A stretch of 64,000 nt of DNA from Leptospirales bacterium (lineage in GTDB: Bacteria; Spirochaetota; Leptospiria; Turneriellales; JAOUFE01): contig JBEQLE010000003.1 of NCBI GenBank assembly GCA_040326155.1, positions 9,725-73,724 of the forward strand, written 5' to 3'. The notes beneath the pieces are model-generated. The model had not been told where the DNA came from. It saw nothing but the letters and a program-made list of their open reading frames with translations, and searched no databases. The first letter of the stretch is position 1. Each line of letters starts with the position of its first letter. The position numbers were made by a program, and so were the translations under genes. This document shows positions 35,815 to 45,892 of the stretch, one piece after another.

Positions 35815-36420
35815 TCATTTGTCCAAAATTTCCTGAGAATAGTCGAGTGTTTCCAAAGTTTTCTTGGCGATTTCAGCCATTTTAACATAGCCCGCCTCAG
35901 AAGGGTGAACCGAGTCTGGCAACAATCCGGCCTTCAGTATGTTATTCTCATAGAAAGCGCGGTCAAAAGGGATAATCGGTTGTCCCGTATTTCGAAGCCA
36001 TTCTCGATAAATTTCAAGTTCAGCGTCAATTCGGGGTTCGACTATTGGTACAGGTATTCCCCAGATCAATTTTTTCCCCGCCCCTGAAATCAGTCTCTCA
36101 ATTTCTTGTGACGTGTCGATCATCTCCTGGATTGTAATGTCAGAGTAAACGTCATTCGTTCCGCCCATAACAATAATCGTTCGCGCTCTGGTTGTCGCCG
36201 CAATCTCACCCAGCCTGTATTGCATTCCTTCGAGAACATCACCGTTTAGCCCATGATTGATTATGGAAATCCCCAATGCGGCCTCTACCATTTGCGTCCA
36301 TGACTTACCATAGGGATAACCCCAGGTTATAGAATCGCCCACTGCCGCAATTACCTTCGAATTTTGCTGTGATATCTCTGTCACCGTTTCAAAAATAACG
36401 GCAATACACTTTGTAAACAC
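35815..36420 (-). CDS. SGNH/GDSL hydrolase
   Basis: GDS block AAVGDSITWGY, GGTND, and the DxxH block DSVHPSEAGY. GTG start. Confidence 0.8.
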   Translation of the reverse strand: MFTKCIAVIFETVTEISQQNSKVIAAVGDSITWGYPYGKSWTQMVEAALGISIINHGLNGDVLEGMQYRLGEIAATTRARTIIVMGGTNDVYSDITIQEMIDTSQEIERLISGAGKKLIWGIPVPIVEPRIDAELEIYREWLRNTGQPIIPFDRAFYENNILKAGLLPDSVHPSEAGYVKMAEIAKKTLETLDYSQEILDK

Positions 36421-36426
36421 GAAAAG

Positions 36427-36663
36427 ATGGGTTATGCGTATTTATTTTTTGCATGCAACAACATGATTATTGATACTAATACGAAACAATTGACCTCAAC
36501 AAGAGCAGATCTGGCGATAGCCAGCGAGATGCCTGCAGATTATACGGATACAAGTGGCAAGCACCCTAACGGAACGGGATATTGTGAACTTGTTGGTTTT
36601 GAAAATACTGTGACCTACCGTAATCGGGTACTGGCCTTTTTGAAGAGTGGTACTCTGCCTTAA
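36427..36663 (+). CDS. doubtful short ORF (78 aa)
   Basis: This is the only ORF in the 240-bp gap between two minus-strand genes. No SD and no motif. May be non-coding. Confidence 0.2.
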   Translation: MGYAYLFFACNNMIIDTNTKQLTSTRADLAIASEMPADYTDTSGKHPNGTGYCELVGFENTVTYRNRVLAFLKSGTLP

Positions 36664-37643
36664 GAAGTATTTGCAAACAAGTCAAACGGATCTTTTTCGG
36701 GAAGAATTCCGAATTTATCGAGAAAGGCGATGTAACGGTCAAAGTAGTTTTCTATTTTATCTATTCGGGATTTTTCTACGGGGCCCAGTTGTCTACCGGC
36801 CGATTTAGTTGTGACCGGTAGAGGAAAATCGGTTCCGAAAAACATTCGCGATTTAAACTCGGTAAGGTTTTGCAGATGCTGAATAACATTAAAACGAGTG
36901 CGCAGGCTCAGGGCCGATAAATCGATATAAAAATTCGGATATCTTGCAAAATAATCTGCCATAGTTTCAATCTGCGTTTCGAAAATGGCTAAGCCCGAAG
37001 CGCAGGCATGGGCTCCAATAAAATTTACTCCCTGTTCCAGCGCAGTTTCATACAAAGAAAGTGCTCCCAGTTTTTGGTTTGAACCAGGCAAAGCAAACTC
37101 ATAACCTGTATGACCTAGAAGAGGCAAATTCAGTTTTTCGAGTTTCTTATAAAAAGGTATGTATTTTGCATCGACGGGATTAAAGTGTTGGGTGTTGGGT
37201 AAAACTTTCACCAATACCGCGCCCTGGTCATATACTCTATCGAGCTCATCAAGTGCATCGCGACGGGCAGGGTTAATAGAGGCGGCGTAATATAAATTTG
37301 GGTAAGGTTTTAGAGACTCGCAGACGTAATCATTATTAATCAAGAAAATAGTCCTGTCCCTGTCGAGCCACCCTTTCTCATCATAAACTCCGTCTAAACC
37401 AAAAACGACTCCACGTGAAACGCTTTTAGATTGCTCCAGAGTTTTAGACAAGTATTCAACATACGCAGTATCTATGGTATCTCGTTTATCCAGTATACCA
37501 TGGTATTCGGCCAGCGTCTTCAGCATCATTTTAATTTTTATATTAGATTTGACCCTGTTATAGGAACGGTGGTGCAAGGCCGACGTGCCAAAAGCGACTG
37601 AGTGTATATGGACATCCGTGAGTTGTTTTTTCTTTCGCGACAT
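36660..37643 (-). CDS. amidohydrolase-superfamily metal-dependent hydrolase
   Basis: DVHIHS (HxH) near the N-terminus, LLGHTGYEF, GAHACASG, and FGTDFPLP with the C-terminal Asp. Confidence 0.7.
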   Translation of the reverse strand: MSRKKKQLTDVHIHSVAFGTSALHHRSYNRVKSNIKIKMMLKTLAEYHGILDKRDTIDTAYVEYLSKTLEQSKSVSRGVVFGLDGVYDEKGWLDRDRTIFLINNDYVCESLKPYPNLYYAASINPARRDALDELDRVYDQGAVLVKVLPNTQHFNPVDAKYIPFYKKLEKLNLPLLGHTGYEFALPGSNQKLGALSLYETALEQGVNFIGAHACASGLAIFETQIETMADYFARYPNFYIDLSALSLRTRFNVIQHLQNLTEFKSRMFFGTDFPLPVTTKSAGRQLGPVEKSRIDKIENYFDRYIAFLDKFGILPEKDPFDLFANTS

Positions 37644-37776
37644 ATATATAGTAATCCTTTTCTAAAGGGTTTTCTATATGTAAATGAACATTCCTCTTGT
37701 CGATTGAAAAACGAGATAATCCGCCGTAATATCACACTTGACATGGTGTCAAAATGCCTATCGGTGGACGTAGATC

Positions 37777-37850
37777 GCGCGTGTAGCTCAGGTGGTTAGA
37801 GCACTTGCTTGACATGCAAGGGGTCACTGGTTCGAGTCCAGTCATGCGCA
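37777..37850 (+). tRNA. tRNA-Val (anticodon GAC)
   Basis: Manual cloverleaf: acceptor GCGCGTG/CATGCGC, D stem GCTC/GAGC, anticodon stem CTTGC/GCAAG with loop TTGACAT, T arm ACTGG-TTCGAGT-CCAGT. CCA is not encoded. Confidence 0.92.
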
Positions 37851-37877
37851 AAATTCCACACAAAAAAGAAGTAAATT

Positions 37878-39782
37878 ATGATTACCCTGACCCTGCCGAA
37901 CAAACAAGATATTGAAATCGATGGTGTAAAAACCTACGGCGATGTAATTGCAGAACACTTGCCCAAACTGGCTCAGCGACTGGTAGCGGTGAAAATTGGC
38001 GACGATACTTTTGACCTTTCGCGGGAAATAGAAAGCAGTGGAAAACTAACGCCAATTACTTTCGATTCGGAAGAGGGCAAAGAAATTTTCTGGCACTCCA
38101 GCGCGCATGTTTTAGCTCAGGCCATTAAACGACTCTACCCATCGGCGCAATTAACGTTTGGGCCAGTCACCTCTCACGGCCCCGGCTTCTTTTACTACGA
38201 TATCTTTCTCGAGAACGAAACTATTTCAGAAGAAAATTTTGAAGCCATCGAAAACGAGATGAAAAAAATTACCGGAGAGAAGCAAACAGTTTCACGCTCT
38301 GTGTATAAACGCGAAGATGCGGTTAAAGAATTTCGAGATATGGGTGAAGAGTTCAAGGCTAAAATTATTGAAGATATTCCGCCTGAAAATGAAATTACCA
38401 TTTATAAACAAGGGGAGTTTCAAGACCTTTGTCGCGGTCCACACGTTCCCAATACATCGATTTTAGGAAATATAAAACTTACTGCTATTTCTGGCGCATA
38501 TTGGAAAGGCGATTCCTCGAATCCGATGCTGCAACGTATTTATGGCATTAGTTTCACTTCCGAAAAAGAGTTGAAATCGTATTTACATAGATTGGAAGAA
38601 GCTAAAAAAAGGGACCACCGCAAATTAGGTAAAGAACTTGATTTGTTTAGTTTTCATGAAGAAGCTCCTGGCATGCCATTTTATCATCCCAAAGGAACCG
38701 CCCTGTTTAACGCCTTGCAGGAATATATAAGAAAAGAGTGTTCTTTAAGGGGTTACGAAGAGTTGAGAACGCCGACTGTTCTTTCAGATGAGCTCTGGCA
38801 CAGGTCGGGCCATTTTGAAAACTTTAAAGAGAACATGTATTTTACGGAACTGGATAATCGCGGGTTTGCCATAAAACCTATGAACTGTCCAGGCTCTAAT
38901 CTGGTATATAAAGAACGCCCTCGAAGTTATCGTGACCTGCCGTTAAGGTTGGCCGAACTTGGCATGGTTCACCGTCATGAACTTTCGGGTGTGCTGCATG
39001 GACTTTTTCGGGTGCGCGCTTTTACCCAGGACGATGCGCATATTTATTGCTCGCCCGATCAGTTGCAATCTGAAATTGAACAAACCATAAAATTTACGAT
39101 TGATGTGTACAAGAAATTTGGTTTCGATAAAATTAATATCTTTATTGCCACAAAACCTGAAAAGGCGATGGGCTCAGAAGAGAACTGGAAAAACGCAACC
39201 GAAGCGCTCGAACAATCTTTAGAGAAAATGGATTTAGAATTTGCCATCAAAGAAGGCGAAGGCGCTTTTTATGGACCGAAAATAGAATTCAACGTAGAAG
39301 ATTCTCTGGGACGAAACTGGCAGCTGGGTACCATCCAGGTTGATTTTTCGATGCCCGAAAGATTCGAACTTGAATACATCGGAAGCGACGGCGCAAAACA
39401 TCGCCCGGTAATGGTTCACCGTGCCATACTCGGGTCGATTGAAAGATTCATGGGGATTTTACTGGAACACTATGCCGGTAAAATGCCTTTCTGGGTATCG
39501 CCCGTTCAAATTCGCATAATGACTGTAGGCGAATCTTTTGTCGAATATGCGGATGATGTTAAAAGACAGCTTGAAGAAAAAGGTTTCAGGGTAGATAAAG
39601 ACTATCGTGACGAAAAAATCGGATACAAAATTCGCGAATGGAATTCTCAAAAAATTAACTATGGCATAATTGTCGGAGAAAAAGAGGTCAACGACAAAAC
39701 CCTCTCTGTCAGAAAACGCGGCGATAAAGATTCACCCGTTATGTCTTTTGACGAGTTTATCGAGAATCTCCAAAACGATTAA
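37878..39782 (+). CDS. thrS: threonine--tRNA ligase
   Basis: N-terminal TGS domain. Editing-domain HSSAHVLAQA. Class II core has FRVRAFTQDDAHIY and HRPVMVHRAILGSIERF. 634 aa. Confidence 0.95.
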   Translation: MITLTLPNKQDIEIDGVKTYGDVIAEHLPKLAQRLVAVKIGDDTFDLSREIESSGKLTPITFDSEEGKEIFWHSSAHVLAQAIKRLYPSAQLTFGPVTSHGPGFFYYDIFLENETISEENFEAIENEMKKITGEKQTVSRSVYKREDAVKEFRDMGEEFKAKIIEDIPPENEITIYKQGEFQDLCRGPHVPNTSILGNIKLTAISGAYWKGDSSNPMLQRIYGISFTSEKELKSYLHRLEEAKKRDHRKLGKELDLFSFHEEAPGMPFYHPKGTALFNALQEYIRKECSLRGYEELRTPTVLSDELWHRSGHFENFKENMYFTELDNRGFAIKPMNCPGSNLVYKERPRSYRDLPLRLAELGMVHRHELSGVLHGLFRVRAFTQDDAHIYCSPDQLQSEIEQTIKFTIDVYKKFGFDKINIFIATKPEKAMGSEENWKNATEALEQSLEKMDLEFAIKEGEGAFYGPKIEFNVEDSLGRNWQLGTIQVDFSMPERFELEYIGSDGAKHRPVMVHRAILGSIERFMGILLEHYAGKMPFWVSPVQIRIMTVGESFVEYADDVKRQLEEKGFRVDKDYRDEKIGYKIREWNSQKINYGIIVGEKEVNDKTLSVRKRGDKDSPVMSFDEFIENLQND

Positions 39783-40037
39783 ACTATTGAATCTATTTTT
39801 ATACGCCGTACCACGGTTCCGGTAAAAAATTATTATCCAGTTTATCTAACAGTAGTTTTTGCTTATCGCTTTTTTTATGTTCATCCATTTGATAAACCAC
39901 AACTATATATAGATAACGTCCTTCGGGTTCCTTCGGATAAATTTCAATAAATGATTTCTCTAATGAGAATTGCTGAATATATCTAAACTTATAAAAAGAG
40001 GTTTACTCTCCCGGCCCCGGCTTTATACATCCAGATA

Positions 40038-40829
40038 ATGAATTCTAAAAGGTTAAACTATCCCCGGGCGTTAAAAACCCTTTTTCCTGAGTATTTCACA
40101 AGTGAAAAAACGATACTCGCCACACACCGGGGCTACGGTAAACACGGGCCAATTGCTGAAAACACTCTCGGAGCGTTTCAAGAAAGTACGCGGCGCGGTT
40201 TTAAAGCTCATGAACTTGATGTAAGAATTAGCCTGGATTTAAAAGCAGTACTGTTTCATGGACCCACCCTTGAAAAAACCACTTCTGGTTTTGGCCGACT
40301 CGAAAAGCAAAACATGGTTGACCTTGAAAAACTTGACTGGGGAAACTACCTGCCCAAAAAAGCAAAACCTGTAAAACCCCTTCTACTGGAAGAGTATTTA
40401 AAACTGTTTGCAAATAAAGTTTTTACAAACATTGAAATAAAACACGATTGGTGTATATTTAACCATAACCTGGAAAACACAGTTATAGACATTTGTAAAA
40501 AAAATTGGGGCAAAGGTAATTATATATTCAGCAGCTTCAATCTATGGTCACTACGTTATTTACGCAAAGCTTTACCTGCTGCAGCAATAGGAATTCTAAT
40601 CGACCTGAGTCCATTTGCATCATTAAAAATTGCAATCGGTCGACTCTTTGTAAAACCCGATTCCATTCATCTACACCCTCAATTGGCGACCCAAAAAAGA
40701 GTTCTAAAATATAAAAAACTGGGTTATGGAATTCTGGTCTGGGGTATTAACAGTTCGGAGAAACTTCAAGAAATGAAAAATCTTGGTGTCGATATCGTGG
40801 TTACCGATAATATGGATCTGTGCAAATAA
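40038..40829 (+). CDS. glycerophosphodiester phosphodiesterase family protein
   Basis: ATHRGYG...ENTLGAF...HELDVRIS...VLFHG, the GDPD catalytic pattern. Confidence 0.8.
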   Translation: MNSKRLNYPRALKTLFPEYFTSEKTILATHRGYGKHGPIAENTLGAFQESTRRGFKAHELDVRISLDLKAVLFHGPTLEKTTSGFGRLEKQNMVDLEKLDWGNYLPKKAKPVKPLLLEEYLKLFANKVFTNIEIKHDWCIFNHNLENTVIDICKKNWGKGNYIFSSFNLWSLRYLRKALPAAAIGILIDLSPFASLKIAIGRLFVKPDSIHLHPQLATQKRVLKYKKLGYGILVWGINSSEKLQEMKNLGVDIVVTDNMDLCK

Positions 40830-40841
40830 CACTGATCATGA

Positions 40842-42011
40842 TTATTTTTCAAGCCTGTAGATTCTTCCAGAAGTAAAACCTACAATTAAAAGTTCACCAT
40901 CAACATCAAGACCGAAACTGGAAATATATATACTCGTATCGACTACCAGTGAAGCCAAATTTTGTTTTGCCCCATTTTGCGAAATCGCCCAGATACGTCC
41001 CTCGACAAAGTCACCGAAAATATATAGTCCGTGCAGCTCTGGTATATTTTTTCCGCGATAAACATAACCGCCTGTAATGGAAGCTCCCATTTCATGTGTA
41101 TACTCATAAATCGGATTTTCCAATCCAGCGCGTTTACAATTTACCGCAGGATTATAACAATGAGTTCCTTCCAGAATGTGCCAGCCGTAATTTTTACCTT
41201 TTTCAATAATCGATACTTCTTCGTACTCATTTTGGCCCACGTCGCCCACCCAAAGTTTTCCGGTTAACCGATCAAAACTGAATCTCCATGGATTGCGCAA
41301 CCCATACGCAAAAATTTCCGGCGCCTCGGATGTTAAAAATGGATTATCTTTAGGTATGGAATATCCCTGCTGGTTTGAAACATCTACGCGTAATATTTTA
41401 CCAAGTTTTGTGTTCAAATTTTGCCCATTGTTATGGGGGTCTCCCGCCGACCCGCCATCACCAACGCCGATGTACAAATAACCATCCGGGCCAAATTCGA
41501 TATGGCCCCCATTATGGTTACCATAAGGCTGATCTATTTCAAAGAGAACTTCTTCTTTAAAAGAGAGTTGGCCGGTTTCGGGGTTCCAGTCGGCTGCATT
41601 CTCTGTTAAAACTAAACGAGATAGCCTTGTCTTTCTCGGCTTACATACGGAATAATATATATATAACGATTTGTTACTTTCAAAGTCTGGGTCAAAAGCA
41701 AGACCCAACAACCCTTCCTCCCAACCTTTTGAACAAACCTTCTTATGAATATCGATTAGTGTGGAATTTTGCCAGGTTAAATTCTCTTTTTGTACTGTGG
41801 GATATGCATATTTTAGATAGCCTTTTTTTTCTACTATAATATAAGACCTGGCTTCGCGTATTGACCATGGAGCGGGAGTTATAAAAACGGGACTGGTAAA
41901 ACTAAACGGAAACATAGATACCGTTTTTATTCCTGGAATATAGCCTTTGCTGCCGTAGATTCCAAAAACAGTCGCGAAAATGAACAAGAAAGATAATGTG
42001 GATTTTTTCAT
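40842..42011 (-). CDS. PQQ-dependent sugar (glucose/sorbosone) dehydrogenase-like beta-propeller
   Basis: Signal peptide. GLLGLAFDPDF, HNGGHIEFGPDGYLYIGVGDGG and YGLRNPWRFSFD. ATG 42011 is preferred over the TTG at 42020. Confidence 0.82.
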   Translation of the reverse strand: MKKSTLSFLFIFATVFGIYGSKGYIPGIKTVSMFPFSFTSPVFITPAPWSIREARSYIIVEKKGYLKYAYPTVQKENLTWQNSTLIDIHKKVCSKGWEEGLLGLAFDPDFESNKSLYIYYSVCKPRKTRLSRLVLTENAADWNPETGQLSFKEEVLFEIDQPYGNHNGGHIEFGPDGYLYIGVGDGGSAGDPHNNGQNLNTKLGKILRVDVSNQQGYSIPKDNPFLTSEAPEIFAYGLRNPWRFSFDRLTGKLWVGDVGQNEYEEVSIIEKGKNYGWHILEGTHCYNPAVNCKRAGLENPIYEYTHEMGASITGGYVYRGKNIPELHGLYIFGDFVEGRIWAISQNGAKQNLASLVVDTSIYISSFGLDVDGELLIVGFTSGRIYRLEK

Positions 42012-42124
42012 TGCAATCAAAATAAAAGATTGCCAATAGAGGGCAAGTTATTTTTCTTCGATTTTAGTATATTTAAAAGAAAGCATGAACTATTTTTATT
42101 AGTTTGAAGGTAATGAGGTGAATT

Positions 42125-42448
42125 ATGAGTTCTGAACATAGAAAATCTGTCCGATTTTTTCCTGAAGAGAAAGAGATTGCTGTCGTAAGTATTAACCCCC
42201 AGGATTTCGAAAAATACGAAGCTATTAAAAAAGAGTTCAAAGGTGAATTCTGCGCTTTAATTGAAGATGAGGCGCACAAAGGGTGCAGTCTGGTGTTTCT
42301 CGATTATAACCAACGTGCAGTCAGCCTGGAAGAAGGCGCAAAGTGCGTAGTAAAAATTGGAGAAGTCCTGCCACTGCGCGGTGAAGTTGTCCGAATAAAG
42401 GTCCTGGATGACAAGGTCTATAAAATTGGGATAAAATTTCTTGATTAA
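42125..42448 (+). CDS. PilZ-domain protein (putative c-di-GMP receptor)
   Basis: SD GAGGTG. RKSVR matches RxxxR. The downstream DEAHKG only partly matches D/NxSxxG. 107 aa. Confidence 0.6.
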   Translation: MSSEHRKSVRFFPEEKEIAVVSINPQDFEKYEAIKKEFKGEFCALIEDEAHKGCSLVFLDYNQRAVSLEEGAKCVVKIGEVLPLRGEVVRIKVLDDKVYKIGIKFLD

Positions 42449-42453
42449 ATAAC

Positions 42454-42852
42454 TTAAAGACCAAAAGGTTCACAGCCGATGTAATTACCGTTTTGTAATG
42501 AATATAAAGAATCACCGATTTTACGATCTTTGCATGTCTTCTCGTCGACATTTTTATAGATTAAAAAAAGAATAGGTTCATCCTTACACTCCCCAGGGCA
42601 AATAAAAACAATGATCAACGAAAAGTTATTTCGTGAGTCAATGCCGAAATCTCTGGGGTATTGATCTTTATCGTATTTGTCTACTTGTAATGTTAACAAT
42701 GCATTAATCTGCTCTTGAATTTGAGCCGGAGTTTTAACTTCAGATTTTATACTCGTATCGGCAGTATTGTTTTCTTGTAATGACGTGCAAAACTGAGAAA
42801 AAGTAAAACAAACAAAAAATAATACCCATTTGAATTTCCAGAACAGATTCAC
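42454..42852 (-). CDS. small secreted Cys-containing protein
   Basis: GTG start 12 nt after the methyltransferase stop. Hydrophobic N-terminus, possibly with a lipobox (SQFC). Five further Cys residues. Confidence 0.5.
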   Translation of the reverse strand: MNLFWKFKWVLFFVCFTFSQFCTSLQENNTADTSIKSEVKTPAQIQEQINALLTLQVDKYDKDQYPRDFGIDSRNNFSLIIVFICPGECKDEPILFLIYKNVDEKTCKDRKIGDSLYSLQNGNYIGCEPFGL

Positions 42853-42864
42853 TTACAATTACCT

Positions 42865-44880
42865 TCAACTTACGTCATCGGCAGATATTTCATACAATGA
42901 ATCGATTTTTATGTCCAGATTCCTTTCCAGTTCAACAATCGCGTCTAAATGTTTTGCTTCAAATTGAACCAAAATTGAATCCACCAGATCGACAATTTCT
43001 TGCATAGACTCCGGCTTTACGTATCCAGGAACCGGAAGGTTAAACAGTCCTGATTTACGAATTTGGGGTTGTTTTCCACGACTGATTCGTATTATACCAG
43101 TATATCTGGCATAATTTGTTAAAAACGTAGAGTTTAATAAGGCCAATATAAATTTTAACGGATAAATGTCAGATTTGTAAATGACAAACATACTATATGG
43201 CGCCACCACTACCTGTGGAACAAAAGTAGCGCACAAACGACTGTCAGATTGTCGTATGAAAATTTTCTCGCCTGTAAAGCGATGTAAATCGCCCAGTACA
43301 ATTTGATTCGAAATTCCCGATAAGCGCGCTGCATTATTCAATTCATTTTGAAACGCCGTATCGAAATGTATAAACAAAGTGGTCGCAGCCAGGGGCTCAA
43401 ACCGTCCTGTTATGGAGCCACTCACCACAAAAGGATAATAATCAGATGAAACTTTTGTCTCATGTATAAATTTTTCATAAGAACCACCGATATTCACACC
43501 CGTGCGAATTTCAACATAATCACCCATTTTCGGATAACTTTCAAGTTTCTGCATTTGCGAATATCTGGTTTTATCAATAAATACAGCCCCTTTTGTAAAT
43601 TGTTCCACCGAGATGGAATAAGCGCTTTGGTCTTGAACATCCTGAACATGAACCTGAATATTATCTACTACGCTTTTTTTTTGCATCACCACGACGGTTT
43701 GCCCGCTGTTTACCCCTGAAAATCCGGCGATATTAATTTCGATTTCCAATGGGTGAAAAGTTTGAATACTCTGCAATCGAATATTATAAAATGGTTTTTC
43801 AAAAAAATTAATATCATGAATAAAAGCAAATATACCCTTATCTTTAGTGTATTTAAAACCAAAACCAAGAATGTACATGGAAAGGTTCAAACGCTTTTGC
43901 ATGGAATCATCCGAATTCTCATCTGAAATTTTTCTCGCGGTTTTACTATCCACAGTCGTTTTTGCGGATTGCCTTGAATATAGAGATACATAAGGTGGGT
44001 TAGAAAGAATTATATCATAGGTTTTTGTATGAGTTTCTATAAATAAGATATCTTTTACCTGAAACTTTTCATTTAGTATTGTCAAAATTTCCTTGTATGT
44101 ATGCTTATCCATATAATTCAAAATTCTGAAAGCAATTGTAGTTTTTAACAGTTCTATTGCTGAAACATCGGTATCTATACCATAGATATTTTTTAATACT
44201 ATTTCCGAATACAATAACTCATTGCTATAATCTTTCTCTTTCGCTTTGTGAATAAAAAGGTCTATTATTAAATGAGTAAATATTCCGGGACCACAGGCTA
44301 GATCGAGAACGACCGGATGTTGCCATTCGTCGCTTTGTTGCTGTTTATGAAATGCATTCCACGCGTTCGCGACTATACTTTTTGCCAGAATCGGTGGTGT
44401 GTAATAAGCGCCATTTTTTTTTCTGAAACTTTGGTCCGATTGTAATTTATCTTCCTCCCGGCGTATATCGTTAAAGCGTAAAAGCTGCTCGTAAACTAAC
44501 CCTGGAATTATATATGCATAATAATGTGTATGTAAGGGTAACAAACATTTTTTTTCTATCTTGGAATACAAATTGCTATTGGCGGCATTATACAAAATAA
44601 AATCTAAAAACCCTTCCTGGTTAAATTCTACTGTTTCGCTACCGATTTCATTACGACTCATTATTTTATCAAAATATGAATTTAGATCTACAGGGCGTTC
44701 ACTATCAGCTAATTTCGATATTGCTGTTTCTGCCGAAAAATATACCGCCGAATTGAGTATGAATATTTTAGCTATAAACGCCGCATTTGCATAATTATCG
44801 ATGTTTGCAGGATAAATTTCCGAAATTGTTTTCAATAAGACGCTGCGAACTTTTTGATATGTGCCTGGTCGATTTGTCAT
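42865..44880 (-). CDS. gamma-class N6-adenine DNA methyltransferase (Eco57I/TaqI-like) with a C-terminal specificity domain
   Basis: GAYYTPP, motif I VLDLACGPGIF, and motif IV NPPY (ILSNPPYVS). The C-terminal ~300 aa are TaqI-like TRD-type sequence. No nuclease motif seen. Confidence 0.85.
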   Translation of the reverse strand: MTNRPGTYQKVRSVLLKTISEIYPANIDNYANAAFIAKIFILNSAVYFSAETAISKLADSERPVDLNSYFDKIMSRNEIGSETVEFNQEGFLDFILYNAANSNLYSKIEKKCLLPLHTHYYAYIIPGLVYEQLLRFNDIRREEDKLQSDQSFRKKNGAYYTPPILAKSIVANAWNAFHKQQQSDEWQHPVVLDLACGPGIFTHLIIDLFIHKAKEKDYSNELLYSEIVLKNIYGIDTDVSAIELLKTTIAFRILNYMDKHTYKEILTILNEKFQVKDILFIETHTKTYDIILSNPPYVSLYSRQSAKTTVDSKTARKISDENSDDSMQKRLNLSMYILGFGFKYTKDKGIFAFIHDINFFEKPFYNIRLQSIQTFHPLEIEINIAGFSGVNSGQTVVVMQKKSVVDNIQVHVQDVQDQSAYSISVEQFTKGAVFIDKTRYSQMQKLESYPKMGDYVEIRTGVNIGGSYEKFIHETKVSSDYYPFVVSGSITGRFEPLAATTLFIHFDTAFQNELNNAARLSGISNQIVLGDLHRFTGEKIFIRQSDSRLCATFVPQVVVAPYSMFVIYKSDIYPLKFILALLNSTFLTNYARYTGIIRISRGKQPQIRKSGLFNLPVPGYVKPESMQEIVDLVDSILVQFEAKHLDAIVELERNLDIKIDSLYEISADDVS

Positions 44881-44971
44881 TTATTAGGCCATTATAACAA
44901 GTTTTTTCTTTGTGTACAAGAAAAAAAATTGCCAGAGTGAGTACCAGTTGTGTTTGTAGGTCACTATCCTT

Positions 44972-45886
44972 ATGAAAGAATTTGAAGAAAACTTTAAACC
45001 CGTAACCGGGAAACTACCGGAAAATCGCATAGATCTCTTTATAGAATTGATTAAAGAGGCGTCTACTAATTTACCACCAGATGTTGTAAAAGCCATGGTT
45101 GCTCAGAAGGAAAAAGAAAAACCCGGCTCACAGGCCGAACGTGCGTTTTCTATTATAATCGAAAATATCAAAATGGCATATGAGAAAAAAACTCCGATTT
45201 GCCAAGACACAGGAACGGTAATTTTCCATATTCATTATCCAGTCGGAGAAAGTTCGTTAAAACTTAAAAAGGATTTAACCGAGGCTGTACAAAGCGCTAC
45301 CAAAAAAGGGTATTTAAGACCCAACTCTGTCGATTCCATCACCGGAGAAAACCCTGGCGACAATACCGGGATCGGACTACCCTCTTTTTATTTTGATGAG
45401 TGGGAATCAGATAAACTCACTATACAAATTATGCTAAAAGGGGGCGGATGTGAAAATGTTGGAACACAATATGCGCTTCCACATACCGGACTGAATGCCG
45501 GAAGAGATGTGCCGGGAATAAAAAAAGTAATATTAGACGCAGTCGTTGAAGCGCAGGGTAAAGGGTGTGCGCCCGGAATTCTAGGCGTTGGAATTGGAGG
45601 GGACCGTGTCAGTGGCGCACGCCTTGCTAAAGAACAACTATTCAGGCAACTGTCCGATGAAAACCCCGACCCCGTATTAAAAGAAATTGAAGACGAGCTG
45701 TTAGAAGAGTCCAATAAACTGGGTATCGGACCCATGGGTTTTGGCGGTTTGACCACGCTTTTAGGAATTAAAGCAGCTAAAATGCATAGAATTCCTGCCA
45801 GCTTTTATGTGAGCATTTCTTACATGTGTTGGGCTACGCGTCGAAAAAAACTTGAAATCAAAGGGAACGAATTTATAATTGAGTAA
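44972..45886 (+). CDS. class I (Fe-S) fumarate/tartrate hydro-lyase, alpha subunit
   Basis: Hallmark CQDTGT. KGGGCEN. 304 aa. Followed by the beta subunit. Confidence 0.88.
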   Translation: MKEFEENFKPVTGKLPENRIDLFIELIKEASTNLPPDVVKAMVAQKEKEKPGSQAERAFSIIIENIKMAYEKKTPICQDTGTVIFHIHYPVGESSLKLKKDLTEAVQSATKKGYLRPNSVDSITGENPGDNTGIGLPSFYFDEWESDKLTIQIMLKGGGCENVGTQYALPHTGLNAGRDVPGIKKVILDAVVEAQGKGCAPGILGVGIGGDRVSGARLAKEQLFRQLSDENPDPVLKEIEDELLEESNKLGIGPMGFGGLTTLLGIKAAKMHRIPASFYVSISYMCWATRRKKLEIKGNEFIIE

Positions 45887-45892
45887 TTAACT

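Noticed and set aside
39799-40002. A 67-codon open frame on the minus strand in the 255-bp gap after thrS. It ends ...LDKLDNNFLPEPWYGV*.
   Set aside because: There is no ATG, GTG or TTG near its 5' end. The first usable start is a GTG that leaves only ~33 aa. There is no SD and no recognisable motif. It may be a decayed gene, but I cannot support a call. The usual infC-rpmI-rplT genes after thrS are simply absent here.
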